This document shows, piece after piece, positions 19,675 through 30,099 of a DNA stretch of 64,000 nucleotides. The position numbers were made by a program, and so were the translations under genes. Position 1 is the first letter of the stretch, and every line of letters begins with the position of its first letter. The notes below the pieces were generated by a model that was given only the letters and a program-made list of their open reading frames with translations, made no database searches and was not told where the DNA came from. The DNA comes from Candidatus Nomurabacteria bacterium (GTDB lineage: Bacteria > Patescibacteriota > WWE3 > UBA101185 > UBA10185): NCBI GenBank assembly GCA_020631855.1, contig JACKGU010000002.1, forward strand, positions 298,615-362,614. The letters run 5' to 3'.

Positions 19675-21378
19675 TTAGTTTTCTCTTCCGCAGTCAAAAA
19701 TTCTACAAGATCTATAAACATTATATAACTTTACTCCCCTTTCAGATATACTTCCTAGGTACTCAATTTCAAACCTGTCCTCATCGGCAGAAGTATCATC
19801 CCACACCGGATAAACAAAATAGGCAGTTTTAACCGCTTGTGGGGTTAAGGTTTTTATAGTAGCCCATGCCCCAACTTCCCTAATAAAAGGCCAGACCTGC
19901 GTATAATATTTTTCGGGGAATCCAACAAGCAACCTTTCGTTTATAGTTGATTTGTAGAGAAGGCCGTCGAGTGACTCTTCTTTTGCAAATGGTTCAAAGT
20001 CAGCCCACACAACAGGATCAGAAAAGAAGCCTTTAATCTGCTTTTGCCCAATCAACCACTTCGGCTCAAGAACTTTAATTCCGACACGAAGACCGCCGAA
20101 ATACGGACTATAGTAAGAAAAATAATCGCCGTTTAAATAAAGGTAAGTAAAAAATGCAGGCAGTATAAAACATATAGCGACAAGATATTTATACACAGCT
20201 TTAATTTTTGTGACAAATAACTCACGAAAAAAATACTCGAGCCCCACTGCAGATGTCATAAGCTGCAGAACCAGCGCAGGAAGAATATACCTATCCAACT
20301 TCTTTGTTGGAATAGTCATTTCTATAAAATACATGGCCGAGAAGAACAGCGTGTACTTAATAAATTTTTTTTTGCTATTCGAAAGCTTCTTATATGAAAA
20401 TAAAGTAAGCAAAAAGCCCGGAATCATGTATAACGAGGATCGCAGCAGCAAAACGACAAAATAAAAAGTTGGCCCGGGATCATCAACTAGTTCTCCAAAA
20501 TATAACTGGATGTGTCCCTCCTCGACTCCGGTATCAAATATCCCCTTTGAAAGCTCATTCAAAACAGAGACGGGCTGTACCCACATAGCAGGCCATAATA
20601 AAATGAAAAATACTGATACTAAAACTAACCACGGAATGTAATATTTAAGTGACGAGATTATATTTTTGGAATTAAAGTACAGCATTAAACCAAAAGTCGG
20701 CAGTATAATTAAAGCCGATGTTTTTGTTAGAACAGCACATGCGGCAAAAAAAGAAGCGAATAGAAAGCTTTTGTTGTGGTAGAATTTTTTATTTTGCGGG
20801 GCAACATCACTTTGATGTATGAAAGCTAAATAAAACCACAGAAAGGCAGCCAGCATGAAGGTAGCCAGAAGACCTTCAAGATGAACTACTCTGGTTAGCG
20901 CTATGTAGAAAGGTTCGAAATTCAACAGCAAAACAAAAATTACTGCCAGGCTTATTCCGGCAATTTTTTTTAGAGCAAAAAAAATTGCCGCAACCGCCAA
21001 ACCCAAAGCTAACACAATTACAATTTTTTGAAAAAAATGCAAAATAAAGACTGTCTGTATATCATTGTCCGGCGGAGAAAATCCTAGAACTACTTTATAA
21101 TAAAAGCTCTGAAGTTTAACGCCTAATGCGCCCAACCACATTAAAGTTACTCCAGGATGATAACGCTGCAAAGTTTTCTCAAAAGAAAGAGTAAAGATAC
21201 CTTCACCAAAATCGTATATTCTGGATTTCCACTTCCATACATCTGTGTTAAACATGTCATAGCCTAAATTATTAAGTCGCGTTAAAACAAACAACAGAAA
21301 AGCGAACATTTCGTAACGCAAATCAGATAAAACCTCGACGATCTTGTTTTTTACTTTACGTAAAATTAACACTGTCAT
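19675..21378 (-). CDS. GT-C-like polytopic membrane glycosyltransferase (paralog A)
   Basis: It shares 'FLLTRL..LG.D', 'YHPGVTLMW', 'LEPFYI' and 'LWPAMWVQP' with the gene at 22615..24456. Confidence 0.65.
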   Translation of the reverse strand: MTVLILRKVKNKIVEVLSDLRYEMFAFLLFVLTRLNNLGYDMFNTDVWKWKSRIYDFGEGIFTLSFEKTLQRYHPGVTLMWLGALGVKLQSFYYKVVLGFSPPDNDIQTVFILHFFQKIVIVLALGLAVAAIFFALKKIAGISLAVIFVLLLNFEPFYIALTRVVHLEGLLATFMLAAFLWFYLAFIHQSDVAPQNKKFYHNKSFLFASFFAACAVLTKTSALIILPTFGLMLYFNSKNIISSLKYYIPWLVLVSVFFILLWPAMWVQPVSVLNELSKGIFDTGVEEGHIQLYFGELVDDPGPTFYFVVLLLRSSLYMIPGFLLTLFSYKKLSNSKKKFIKYTLFFSAMYFIEMTIPTKKLDRYILPALVLQLMTSAVGLEYFFRELFVTKIKAVYKYLVAICFILPAFFTYLYLNGDYFSYYSPYFGGLRVGIKVLEPKWLIGQKQIKGFFSDPVVWADFEPFAKEESLDGLLYKSTINERLLVGFPEKYYTQVWPFIREVGAWATIKTLTPQAVKTAYFVYPVWDDTSADEDRFEIEYLGSISERGVKLYNVYRSCRIFDCGREN

Positions 21379-22631
21379 CTATAGAGAACTCCAAGTCTCA
21401 CTAAATCATTAACGGCAACAAAAAATATTGGAATTCCAAAGTAAATAATGTTGAATAGAATTTTAGAACCTTTAGCATTGGCAAATTTGGTTAAAAAATA
21501 GCTTGAACAGCATCCTGAAATAATTGCTACTAAAGGATAAACAATAAGATAATAGTGCGAACGCGTCTTATCAAATCCGGCAATATAAAAAAAGTAAACA
21601 AACGATACAATGTATAAATATAGAGCATTAAGATCGACTTTCTTCTTTACAACCCCTACTAGAGATAGTGCAAAAATAAAAAAATATCCAACCAAAGGCG
21701 TAAATCCAAAGTCATCGGGAAATTTAGTAATGAAAAATGAAAAAAAGTTCGAACTCTGTTCAATAAAATTTACACTTCCAACATTTGTAAATTGCCACAA
21801 CGCGCCGGTCGGACCGTCTGTCCTAATAAAAGTGTCAAAATCGAAAAGAGCAAACGGTGTGCCGAGGATAAACCCTGCAATTGCAGAGAAGCCGGCATAG
21901 ATAGAAGGTAATAATAAATCTTTAAGCCAAACAATCGGACTGTGTTTTTTATCTTTTAGTAAAGTTCTGATACCAACCGCGGTAAAAAATGCTAAGAGTA
22001 CCAAAGCTCCGTTGTACTTTGTAGAAGCTGAGAGGCCTGCAAATAGTCCGGCAAGTATAAAGTTTGATTTTCTATTTATGCCATCTACCAAGATTGATGA
22101 GCTGAAGTATAACGACCAAGCAAATAGAAAAACCATTGGGATATCAGGCATAGTATATTGAGAGGTCCAGACGTGATATGGCAAAACACCGATGGTTAGG
22201 GCCGAAGCCAAGCCAACTTTTTTGCTGTATAGCTTTTGTCCGGATAAATAAACCGGGAATACTGTCAGCGCGCCAAAGAAAGCAGTAAGGGCTCTGGTTA
22301 ACGCGTAAAATACAAGGTTGTCGTCATAAAATAAGGGTAAAACATTCTTTACTAGACTACTCAGGTTTAGAAAATCTATTGCGTTTCTAAAAAAAGCAAA
22401 GACCATATACACAAAATAGTTAGTATAGATATATAAATGAGGCCAATCGAAATGCTTAGGGTTTAAGTAAAACCTTACTCCAAGGGCCGATCGGACTATT
22501 GTAGGCTCATCGGGATGAAGTATTTCTGGAAAGCCATGCAGTATGCCCACAAGCCTTATTACAAGAGCAAATAAAAATATTGCTACAAGCTCTTTATTAT
22601 TTGTAATAGATGCCTTAATACTTTTTAACAT
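21375..22631 (-). CDS. ArnT/PMT_2-like (GT39-type) GT-C glycosyltransferase
   Basis: 'HPDEPTIVRSA', 'RALTAFFGALTVFPVYLSGQKLYSKKVGLASALTIGVLPYHVW'. Confidence 0.8.
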   Translation of the reverse strand: MLKSIKASITNNKELVAIFLFALVIRLVGILHGFPEILHPDEPTIVRSALGVRFYLNPKHFDWPHLYIYTNYFVYMVFAFFRNAIDFLNLSSLVKNVLPLFYDDNLVFYALTRALTAFFGALTVFPVYLSGQKLYSKKVGLASALTIGVLPYHVWTSQYTMPDIPMVFLFAWSLYFSSSILVDGINRKSNFILAGLFAGLSASTKYNGALVLLAFFTAVGIRTLLKDKKHSPIVWLKDLLLPSIYAGFSAIAGFILGTPFALFDFDTFIRTDGPTGALWQFTNVGSVNFIEQSSNFFSFFITKFPDDFGFTPLVGYFFIFALSLVGVVKKKVDLNALYLYIVSFVYFFYIAGFDKTRSHYYLIVYPLVAIISGCCSSYFLTKFANAKGSKILFNIIYFGIPIFFVAVNDLVRLGVLYR

Positions 22632-24456
22632 ATACTCTCCAGTATTCTAACCCATTTACATATAAAGAGCTGTCTTTTTCGAAATAAAAACCGGACCTCT
22701 TTGCCGATTGAATAGTTTCTTCGGGCAAATCTTCGTCCGAGGCTAGTATAATAAGGTCATAGGAGCCGGCCCCAGAAACTCTAATATCCCGTAGCCTTGA
22801 ATTAGGATAAATCATACTCATGGGCTTTATGTCTAACATACCTATCTTAGGGTAGGCATCTGAGTCGCTACGGCTATCTACATAATAAGATGCATAACGT
22901 GAAATTATTAATTCTTTAAGTTCAGGAACTGCAATACCGAATGGTTTTTGGGCGATGACTTGCTCGGCTGACTGAGCCGAGCCAAAAAGAGGGCTGGTAT
23001 AGGTAAAATAATAAGGAGAGTAATAATACATGGGCCAAAAAATAAAAAATGTTAAAAAAGCACCTAAAACAAGCCTCCCAAGTTGCAAAAAGTTGTTTTT
23101 CAATGAAACTAATAACTTCGCGTAACCCAGAACTGCCAGCAAGGCAAGATAGGGATAGAGCGGGAGCATATATCTATCTATTTTCTTAGATAAAAAAGAC
23201 ATAACTATAAAGTATCCTAAGTAGAATATACTGAGGTATAAAATTAGAGCCTTTTCTGAAAAGAGAAAATTGCAAAAAGCAAAAAGGCCTGACCTCAGCA
23301 TACCAAAAGAAATCTTGCTGTGGGATTTCTCTTTTAGGAAAGTTTTAATGAGGTTTATTTTGTATAGAAACACGCCCAATAGAGTAAAGGGCGAGATTTT
23401 AAGCAATATAATAAGAGGATAAAAGAGAAATCCCGGATTAGTTGTCTCCATGCCAAAAAAAATTTGTTCATGGCCCTTTCGTCCTCCTACTCTTTCTGCC
23501 TCTGTAAAAATCTCGGATAGCGTGTGAATCGGCTCAACCCACATAGCAGGAAATAATATAAAAATAAAGAAAACAGAGACAACCAAATACCCGATAACAG
23601 GCGACATCGCATAAAGAAATTTTCTATATTCTGCCTTAGAATAAGATCTCAAAGAGATCGCACAGCTAAAGATCCCACTATTAAGTAGCCGGTATGCAGA
23701 GTGTGCTGCCATATAGGCAGAGATAAAAAATAACACACCTATTCCTATACTCTTAGTCAAAAAAGATAATGCTGAAAATAGTCCCGATAAAAATAGAGAA
23801 AATAGCAAACCTTTAAGCTGCTTTTTATAGAGAGGATTTTTGACTTCCTTGCCTGTTTTTATTTCTACTTGAGATACATTTAGAAGTTTTCTGCTTAGTT
23901 CTACAGAGTAAAATGCAAACAGTAAAGATAAAAAAACAAAAAGAGAAAACAAAACATCCATATGCAAAAGCCTAGAGTTCCCTATAAAGAAGGGCTCAAG
24001 CGAAAAAAGAGAAACAGAAAGAACTGCAACTATCCCGCATTGCCTTAACACGGGCTCCTTCGAGTCTCGATAGTAATTTTCTAACACTCTGCATAATATA
24101 AAAGCCACAAAGGCAGATAGTACAAGCTGCACGAATACCAACGCCCATTTTATGCTCACATGGTATAGGTAAAAGTTAACATGGTTTCTCACTGCCTCAG
24201 AAGGAAAAATTTGCTTTATTGCTTCAATTACAAATCCCACAACCCACATTAAGCTAACCCCAGGATGATAGTGCTGATAAGTTTTTGCAAAGTCGAAAGT
24301 TTTAATTCCAACATAAAATTGCTCGGATCTAAAATACCAATTCACGCCGTCGGGGTTTATAGCGTCATGCCCTAAATACGGCAGTCGAGTTAGTAAAAAC
24401 AATACAAAAAAAATTACTGCTAAAACCAGAATGAGGTTATTCTTTATCACTTGCAT
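22615..24456 (-). CDS. GT-C-like polytopic membrane glycosyltransferase (paralog B) with a C-terminal soluble domain
   Basis: 'YQHYHPGVSLMW', 'LEPFFIGNSRLLHMD', 'LFPAMWVEP'. It is a clear paralog of 19675..21378. Confidence 0.65.
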   Translation of the reverse strand: MQVIKNNLILVLAVIFFVLFLLTRLPYLGHDAINPDGVNWYFRSEQFYVGIKTFDFAKTYQHYHPGVSLMWVVGFVIEAIKQIFPSEAVRNHVNFYLYHVSIKWALVFVQLVLSAFVAFILCRVLENYYRDSKEPVLRQCGIVAVLSVSLFSLEPFFIGNSRLLHMDVLFSLFVFLSLLFAFYSVELSRKLLNVSQVEIKTGKEVKNPLYKKQLKGLLFSLFLSGLFSALSFLTKSIGIGVLFFISAYMAAHSAYRLLNSGIFSCAISLRSYSKAEYRKFLYAMSPVIGYLVVSVFFIFILFPAMWVEPIHTLSEIFTEAERVGGRKGHEQIFFGMETTNPGFLFYPLIILLKISPFTLLGVFLYKINLIKTFLKEKSHSKISFGMLRSGLFAFCNFLFSEKALILYLSIFYLGYFIVMSFLSKKIDRYMLPLYPYLALLAVLGYAKLLVSLKNNFLQLGRLVLGAFLTFFIFWPMYYYSPYYFTYTSPLFGSAQSAEQVIAQKPFGIAVPELKELIISRYASYYVDSRSDSDAYPKIGMLDIKPMSMIYPNSRLRDIRVSGAGSYDLIILASDEDLPEETIQSAKRSGFYFEKDSSLYVNGLEYWRVYVKKY

Positions 24457-25372
24457 ATAACACGCCGCCTATTAAACTTACGCCCAATCTGCTTAAATGA
24501 TAAATTATTGAAGCGCTAAGCGCGGCTTCGGTAGATATTCCCACTAAAGAAAAGAGTTGAATATACAGAGCATCTTGGACACCAACCCCATTTAATGATG
24601 GGATAAAGAAACTCGCCAAAGTCACAATCGGCAAGGTAAACAGGGCATACGAAATTTTTAAATCTGCTCCCAGAGATATAAAAATAAAATATTGAGTAAA
24701 AATAGCAATAAATTGAACGACAAATGAAGTTAAAACGGCAAAAAATAATGTTCTGCGATTTGACCTATACTCAAGTAAAGAATTATAAATCTTAGATAGG
24801 AAAGGAATTTTAGATGAAATAACTTTAAGAGCAATAAAACCAGCAAATGAAGCTATCCAGAAGCCTAAAATTACGCCCGTTTCAAAAAGTTTAAGTAGTA
24901 TCGGGTTTATACTTAAGGACTCAGGTATCATTTCAACCCAAAAACCCCAAGTCCGTATTAAACCAAAATAAGAAATAAGAATGAGGGCAACAAAGCCTGT
25001 AAATCTCTCCATAAATGTCGCTGTAAAAGCATGAGCGTTGTTACCAATCTTTTTTCCTAACCTCAATACCTTATAAACATCGCCGCCCATACTAGTGGGC
25101 ATAAAATTATTGAAAAAAGCACCTATAAAATAAAGTCTTGTCAAAAAAGCCACGTTGACGGGCTTGAGATTTTTAAAGACCAGCAAAGCCTTCCACCTAT
25201 AAGAGCTAACGACGTAATTAAGCACCAATAAGAGCACGATCAGGGGAATAAATCGATAATCCATAAGCCTGATGTTGGAAACTAATTCTTCTCGATCTAC
25301 TTTCAAAACAATGACGGTTATTAGAACCAAACTAAAAAGTATCTTTATTGCAGGGTGCTTAAGAAGCTTCAT
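24437..25372 (-). CDS. Flippase-like domain membrane protein (LPG_synthase_TM / UPF0104, MprF-type)
   Basis: 'YRWKALL...LTRLYFIGAFFNNFMPTSMGGDVYKV' and about 8 TM segments. Confidence 0.75.
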   Translation of the reverse strand: MKLLKHPAIKILFSLVLITVIVLKVDREELVSNIRLMDYRFIPLIVLLLVLNYVVSSYRWKALLVFKNLKPVNVAFLTRLYFIGAFFNNFMPTSMGGDVYKVLRLGKKIGNNAHAFTATFMERFTGFVALILISYFGLIRTWGFWVEMIPESLSINPILLKLFETGVILGFWIASFAGFIALKVISSKIPFLSKIYNSLLEYRSNRRTLFFAVLTSFVVQFIAIFTQYFIFISLGADLKISYALFTLPIVTLASFFIPSLNGVGVQDALYIQLFSLVGISTEAALSASIIYHLSRLGVSLIGGVLYASDKE

Positions 25373-25378
25373 TTTATA

Positions 25379-26881
25379 TTAATTACCAACTTTCTGTGAT
25401 TGAAATTTTGCTAAAATTTTTTTATAGACCAAAAATGCTTGCGAGACCGTAAAGAACTTCGTCGCATTTATCCCAATTACTGCAAGCAAAACATATAATA
25501 GATATAAGATTACCTTATACAAAAAGTTATTGTTAAAAGCATTTTGAGAAGCTCCTATAAGAAAGGCTTGAAAAATTAAAAGGTAGTGATCGTGTGTAAA
25601 AATCTTAAATTTCAACCTTAGATATATAGCATAGATAGCAAAAAGCAAAGCTAAAGTTGAGCCCACCAATAACCCGAGCGTCATTGAGCTTACATGAGAA
25701 AAGTCCGTGAATGCCAAAAATCCATAGTAAGAGCCGATTCCAAAACCAATTAATATTACAAAAGTTGCGATCATTTGAGTTACTAATTTTGCCGGTACTA
25801 AGATGCTGGATTTTATGATGTTTAAATAAGAGTAAAAGATAAATGTGAACATAAAAGGCAGTATTAAAGGCAGAGCATCTGAGTACTTCGAGCTCGCAAA
25901 TAACAAAACCAGCTGCTTTGACCAAAAAACTGCGCTAACTCCTATAAATAGTATAAGTACAAAAACTTTGTTGAAATTGTCACTGAAAGCTTTTTGAAAC
26001 TCTGCAATATTATTTACATATTTCTCCGATAAATACGGGAGATTAACATCGGTAATTGCATCAGATATATGAATGATCTTCTTTGAAAACAAAAATGCTG
26101 CAGAAAAAACCGCCACAGCCTCGGGAGAAATAGTTAAACCAAGGATTAACGTTCCCGAGCGCTCCCAGAGAGTATAAATGATCTTTACCAAATAAATTGA
26201 AAGGCTAATAGTGAAAAGTTCTCTAAAGAAGTATTTAAATTCGCGAAAATTTGGCAAAGCCAAATTTTCCCTCAAAGGCCCCAAAGCTATAAAAGCTAGA
26301 GCGACAGATCCAAGAAAATTATGAGCAAACATAGCATAAAAATAGCCGTTTATACCATAAAAATGCACAAGTGGGAGATAAAGAACTAGACTAGCAACAG
26401 CGATAGCGACTTGATATGTGAAAAGGGCGTTAAATCTTTTTGTTCCTGAAAGTACAGAGTTGAGCATGCTCTGAACACCCTGAACAATAAGTGTCAGTGC
26501 GTATATCTTTAGTGGCAGAATGAGCGCTGCGTTATTGTATTTATCAAGAGCTATGTATTCGGCATAATGAAAAAGCCCTATAGCCAGAGGAAAAGTTATA
26601 ATATACCTGATTGAAAGTGCTGTTATAAAGATTTTGAAAACCTCGTTTTTATCTTTGGAAGCGGCTATTTCTCTTGTACTTCCGGAAGCGAGACCAAGGT
26701 GCTGATAGATGCCTAGTGCGCTACCTACAGCAACAGCTATTTGAACTACGCCGTAATCATGAACAGAAAAAAGCCTGAACAGAAAGAAGCTCTGCAGTAA
26801 GCCCACAAACATAGCCGAAAGCCTCGATGCCAAGCTCAATATTTGTAATTTTTCTAGATTATTTTTATTTGCACCCATCAT
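25379..26881 (-). CDS. Polysaccharide/O-antigen flippase (Wzx-like, MOP superfamily)
   Basis: The 500-aa ORF has about 12-14 TM segments. N-term 'LSLASRLSAMFVGLLQSFFLFRLFSVHDYGVVQIAVAVGSALGIY'. Confidence 0.75.
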   Translation of the reverse strand: MMGANKNNLEKLQILSLASRLSAMFVGLLQSFFLFRLFSVHDYGVVQIAVAVGSALGIYQHLGLASGSTREIAASKDKNEVFKIFITALSIRYIITFPLAIGLFHYAEYIALDKYNNAALILPLKIYALTLIVQGVQSMLNSVLSGTKRFNALFTYQVAIAVASLVLYLPLVHFYGINGYFYAMFAHNFLGSVALAFIALGPLRENLALPNFREFKYFFRELFTISLSIYLVKIIYTLWERSGTLILGLTISPEAVAVFSAAFLFSKKIIHISDAITDVNLPYLSEKYVNNIAEFQKAFSDNFNKVFVLILFIGVSAVFWSKQLVLLFASSKYSDALPLILPFMFTFIFYSYLNIIKSSILVPAKLVTQMIATFVILIGFGIGSYYGFLAFTDFSHVSSMTLGLLVGSTLALLFAIYAIYLRLKFKIFTHDHYLLIFQAFLIGASQNAFNNNFLYKVILYLLYVLLAVIGINATKFFTVSQAFLVYKKILAKFQSQKVGN

Positions 26882-26896
26882 TGACTCCTACGAAAG

Positions 26897-29089
26897 CTAT
26901 TTTACTACTACGTCCCCCAAATAAACACTTCTTGTTCGAATATTATTCGTCATCCCCATAAAAGAAAGATACTCGCCTGGGGACACAAAAGACGGAATAG
27001 TCAGCTCTATATTTTCAGTATAATACATACCCTTATCCCACTCTCTTAGCTGCTTCAGCGAAAATGACGGCAAATTTGCAACTTGGTAAATCTCCCCGTT
27101 ATCTTTATTGATGAAAGTCATAAATAAAACATAATCATCCAAACCTTCTTGAGTTCTTTTAACATAAGTGAAGTAAGCCTGCTCGTTTGAATCTCTTTTC
27201 AACACCGAAGGAAGCATATAGTCGACAATCGTCAAGCCCTTAAATATTTCAATAGAAGAAGTCTCAGTATACTCATATCTTTCTTGAAGAGGCAGGAGAC
27301 GATTTTTATCGTGAGGGCCGACATTTTTGAACACAAATAAGTTTCCGCATCCGAATACCTGCTGGTAATCTTCGCTTTTTATTACATCAGCAACAACGTC
27401 CCTTACTATAGTCACGTCAAGGTCTAAGATTCGTAAAATTTTCTGTGCAAAAACATCGACAATCACGTAGTCCGCTTCCTTGTATAGCGCGGGGAATATA
27501 GCATAGGTGGGTCGCAAAGATAAGTGAGCACCTAAATAGTCAGGCCCACTAACAGAAGCTTCATCAGGAATTTGTGAAATAATTTTCTGCGCACACTCAC
27601 GATCTTTGTTTTCCAATTCCGAAAGTCGCAGAACATCACCAATTTTAATATCAGAGAGCTTGATGGTTTCTAGATCGGTTTTTGCCTGAACTTCTTGGAA
27701 AAATCCTATATTTATTCTCTTAGCCACAGCCTGTTGGAACCATATATAAACCGGGTTTTGATAACTAAATGAGGTGGAAATATTCATGTACATAACAAAA
27801 AAAGCCAACGCGGCAGGCAAGTACGAAGAAAGTATCTTCTGTTTTTTTGATTTCGAAAATAAAAAAATCACGGTGTCACTAAGATATCGAACACCGTAAA
27901 TGCTTGAAATAAAAAGAATAGGTATAATCATCGAAATGCGATGGTTAATTATTTCTGACGTACCTATTCCCCCTGCAGTAGTAGAATAATTAATTAATAA
28001 ATCAGGAAGAGCCAGAATAAAAAGCGGTGCGTAAAGAAGAGAGGTATAACCCATCGGCTCAAGAGTCTGTCTTAGGTTTTCACTCTTGTCGCCCCCAAAG
28101 AGCACGCTAACTAAATATCTGGGGTTCTTAAGCATACCCAGAACGATATCTGTATAAGAATCTCCAAAACCTTCGTATCTGCTTAGAAAATAATTATCTT
28201 CGTCGACATTAGTTGCTGAATTCGGGTCTATAGACAGCATCAACGCGAAATTATTAAACCCCTCAATTCTATAGCTGGAATAGTGAGGGATTATAATAAA
28301 AAAAGCTACTATAAACCATAAAGATCCGACCAGCGCCATCGCAGAACCCACTCGTACATTAATGCTTGAATAAATTTTCTTGAACTGTTTTGCTCTAATC
28401 AAGTCAAAAAAGCTAATTTTTAAAGATATAGGGATACGAAAAAGTACAATAAACATACCGTACAAAACAATATATAAAGGGATCTGCTCTTTTCCCATCA
28501 TAGTTAATATGAGAAACAGCCAAAACACAGACAATCCATAAACACTATACTTATCGGCTTTGTACATACGTTCATATACGTAAAAAGCCAGAAACATAAA
28601 AGGAATAGCTGCTGTTACCCCATGATAACCGGTCCAGGCATTTAAAAAACCTATAGCAGGATAGAAAGTGAAAGCAAGACCAAAAAAAAGTGCGGCCAGT
28701 TTTGACCTTAGATGTAGCTCGGCGATTTTATAGACTGTTATACTTGAAAAAAGAACCATTGCCGCTTGCGCTAAAGCCAAAGTAAGGGGATGTGGGATAG
28801 CAGCAAAAAGGGGTAAAAAAATAACTAAAATGGGATCTACATGGCTCATGGCCCATCGCGGAACATTTGCTCCAAATAAATCTGTTAGCCACATAAATTT
28901 TCCTCCATACAATGTGTACCAAGCCATTTGCGCCATATTTCCAAGATCAAATTTACCTAAATCAAAATTGTTATATCTAAATATATTGATTCTGACTGTT
29001 ATTAAAAACGCCCCAATACAAAAAACCACAAGAAATATTATAGGGGCTTGCTGAAATGATTTTTTGATAGTCTCTTTACGATTAAACAT
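26897..29089 (-). CDS. DUF2079-like large polytopic membrane protein (GT-C-like) with a C-terminal extracytoplasmic domain
   Basis: 'NNFDLGKFDLGNMAQMAWYTLYGGKF' near the N-terminus. The ORF is 730 aa. Confidence 0.6.
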   Translation of the reverse strand: MFNRKETIKKSFQQAPIIFLVVFCIGAFLITVRINIFRYNNFDLGKFDLGNMAQMAWYTLYGGKFMWLTDLFGANVPRWAMSHVDPILVIFLPLFAAIPHPLTLALAQAAMVLFSSITVYKIAELHLRSKLAALFFGLAFTFYPAIGFLNAWTGYHGVTAAIPFMFLAFYVYERMYKADKYSVYGLSVFWLFLILTMMGKEQIPLYIVLYGMFIVLFRIPISLKISFFDLIRAKQFKKIYSSINVRVGSAMALVGSLWFIVAFFIIIPHYSSYRIEGFNNFALMLSIDPNSATNVDEDNYFLSRYEGFGDSYTDIVLGMLKNPRYLVSVLFGGDKSENLRQTLEPMGYTSLLYAPLFILALPDLLINYSTTAGGIGTSEIINHRISMIIPILFISSIYGVRYLSDTVIFLFSKSKKQKILSSYLPAALAFFVMYMNISTSFSYQNPVYIWFQQAVAKRINIGFFQEVQAKTDLETIKLSDIKIGDVLRLSELENKDRECAQKIISQIPDEASVSGPDYLGAHLSLRPTYAIFPALYKEADYVIVDVFAQKILRILDLDVTIVRDVVADVIKSEDYQQVFGCGNLFVFKNVGPHDKNRLLPLQERYEYTETSSIEIFKGLTIVDYMLPSVLKRDSNEQAYFTYVKRTQEGLDDYVLFMTFINKDNGEIYQVANLPSFSLKQLREWDKGMYYTENIELTIPSFVSPGEYLSFMGMTNNIRTRSVYLGDVVVK

Positions 29090-29090
29090 G

Positions 29091-29816
29091 TTAATTCGTG
29101 AATCTGAACTTAATTAAGGTGAACAGTGCCGAGAGACCGTCTCTCCAAGTTATTTTTTTACCCTCATTATGAGAACGTCCTTGATAGCTTATTGGAACTT
29201 CAACTATTTTCAGGCCTGATTTAAGTATCTTTGCTGTAATCTCAGGTTCAAAGTTAAAACGCGCCGACTTAATCTCAACCTGCCTTGCGAACTTTCCAGG
29301 CATGAGCTTGTAGCAGGTTTCCATATCAGTAAGCAATACTCCAAAAAAAATGTTAGTTATGATAGTTAAAATTTTGTTACCGTAATAGTGTAAATTACTC
29401 ATGTCTTTATATGTTCCAGAGAATCGGGATCCATAAACTACGTCTGCACCGTCTTCAACAACCGCCCTAAGTAATTTTTTGAAATCGTTCGGGTCGTATT
29501 CCAAATCAGCATCTTGAACAATAACATAATCACCTGTTGTTTTTCGAAACCCGTCTCTCAGAGCAAACCCTTTACCCTCGTTAGTTTTTTTAAAAATCAC
29601 AACAATATCAGGATCGGATTTCTGCAGTTCTTGAAGAATTTGGGTAGTACCATCTGTAGAACAATCATCTATTATGATAATCTCCTTCTCGATATCTGGT
29701 AACTCGGGAGTGTCAGAAAAATCAACTTCTTTAACACGGGCCAAAATTGACTCAAGAGTGCTTTTTTCATTGTAAGCGGGCACAACAACGGAAAGTTTCA
29801 TTACATAATTATACAT
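29091..29816 (-). CDS. GT2 polyprenyl-phosphate sugar synthase (Dpm1-like, soluble)
   Basis: 'MKLSVVVPAYNEKSTLESIL', 'IIIDDCSTDGT', 'DADLEYDP'. The true start is likely Met at 29801 (MKLS). Confidence 0.85.
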   Translation of the reverse strand: MYNYVMKLSVVVPAYNEKSTLESILARVKEVDFSDTPELPDIEKEIIIIDDCSTDGTTQILQELQKSDPDIVVIFKKTNEGKGFALRDGFRKTTGDYVIVQDADLEYDPNDFKKLLRAVVEDGADVVYGSRFSGTYKDMSNLHYYGNKILTIITNIFFGVLLTDMETCYKLMPGKFARQVEIKSARFNFEPEITAKILKSGLKIVEVPISYQGRSHNEGKKITWRDGLSALFTLIKFRFTN

Positions 29817-29836
29817 TTTTTACGCGCACTAACCAA
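29808..29836 (-). promoter_or_regulatory. Candidate sigma70-type promoter (TTGGTT-N17-TATAAT on the minus strand), 7 nt upstream of the MKLS start
   Basis: Minus-strand sense reads 'ttggtt agtgcgcgtaaaaaatg tataat tatgta ATG'. There is no SD, which suggests a leaderless mRNA. Confidence 0.3.
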
Positions 29837-30099
29837 CAAAAGATTTAGCGAAAACACTTCTAACACTACAGCGCCCTAGTAATAAAACCTTTCAAAAAGA
29901 AGCCCCATGTTTAGCGGCAGACTCACTAGCCCTGAGATCTTAGTAATGTTTTTAGTATAAATTATCCGCAGAAATGTCTTTACAAGTTGCCGACCCCAAA
30001 AAGTAAAAGACTCGGTAGGATAAGTAACAACGCGAAAGTTATTCAATATTCTTTGTAACCAACAGGATAGATTATGTGTAGATTATATTAATCTGTACT

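Noticed and set aside
25605-25925. 106-aa minus-strand ORF inside the Wzx-like flippase gene
   Set aside because: It is an out-of-frame overlap with a 500-aa gene that has coherent TM architecture.
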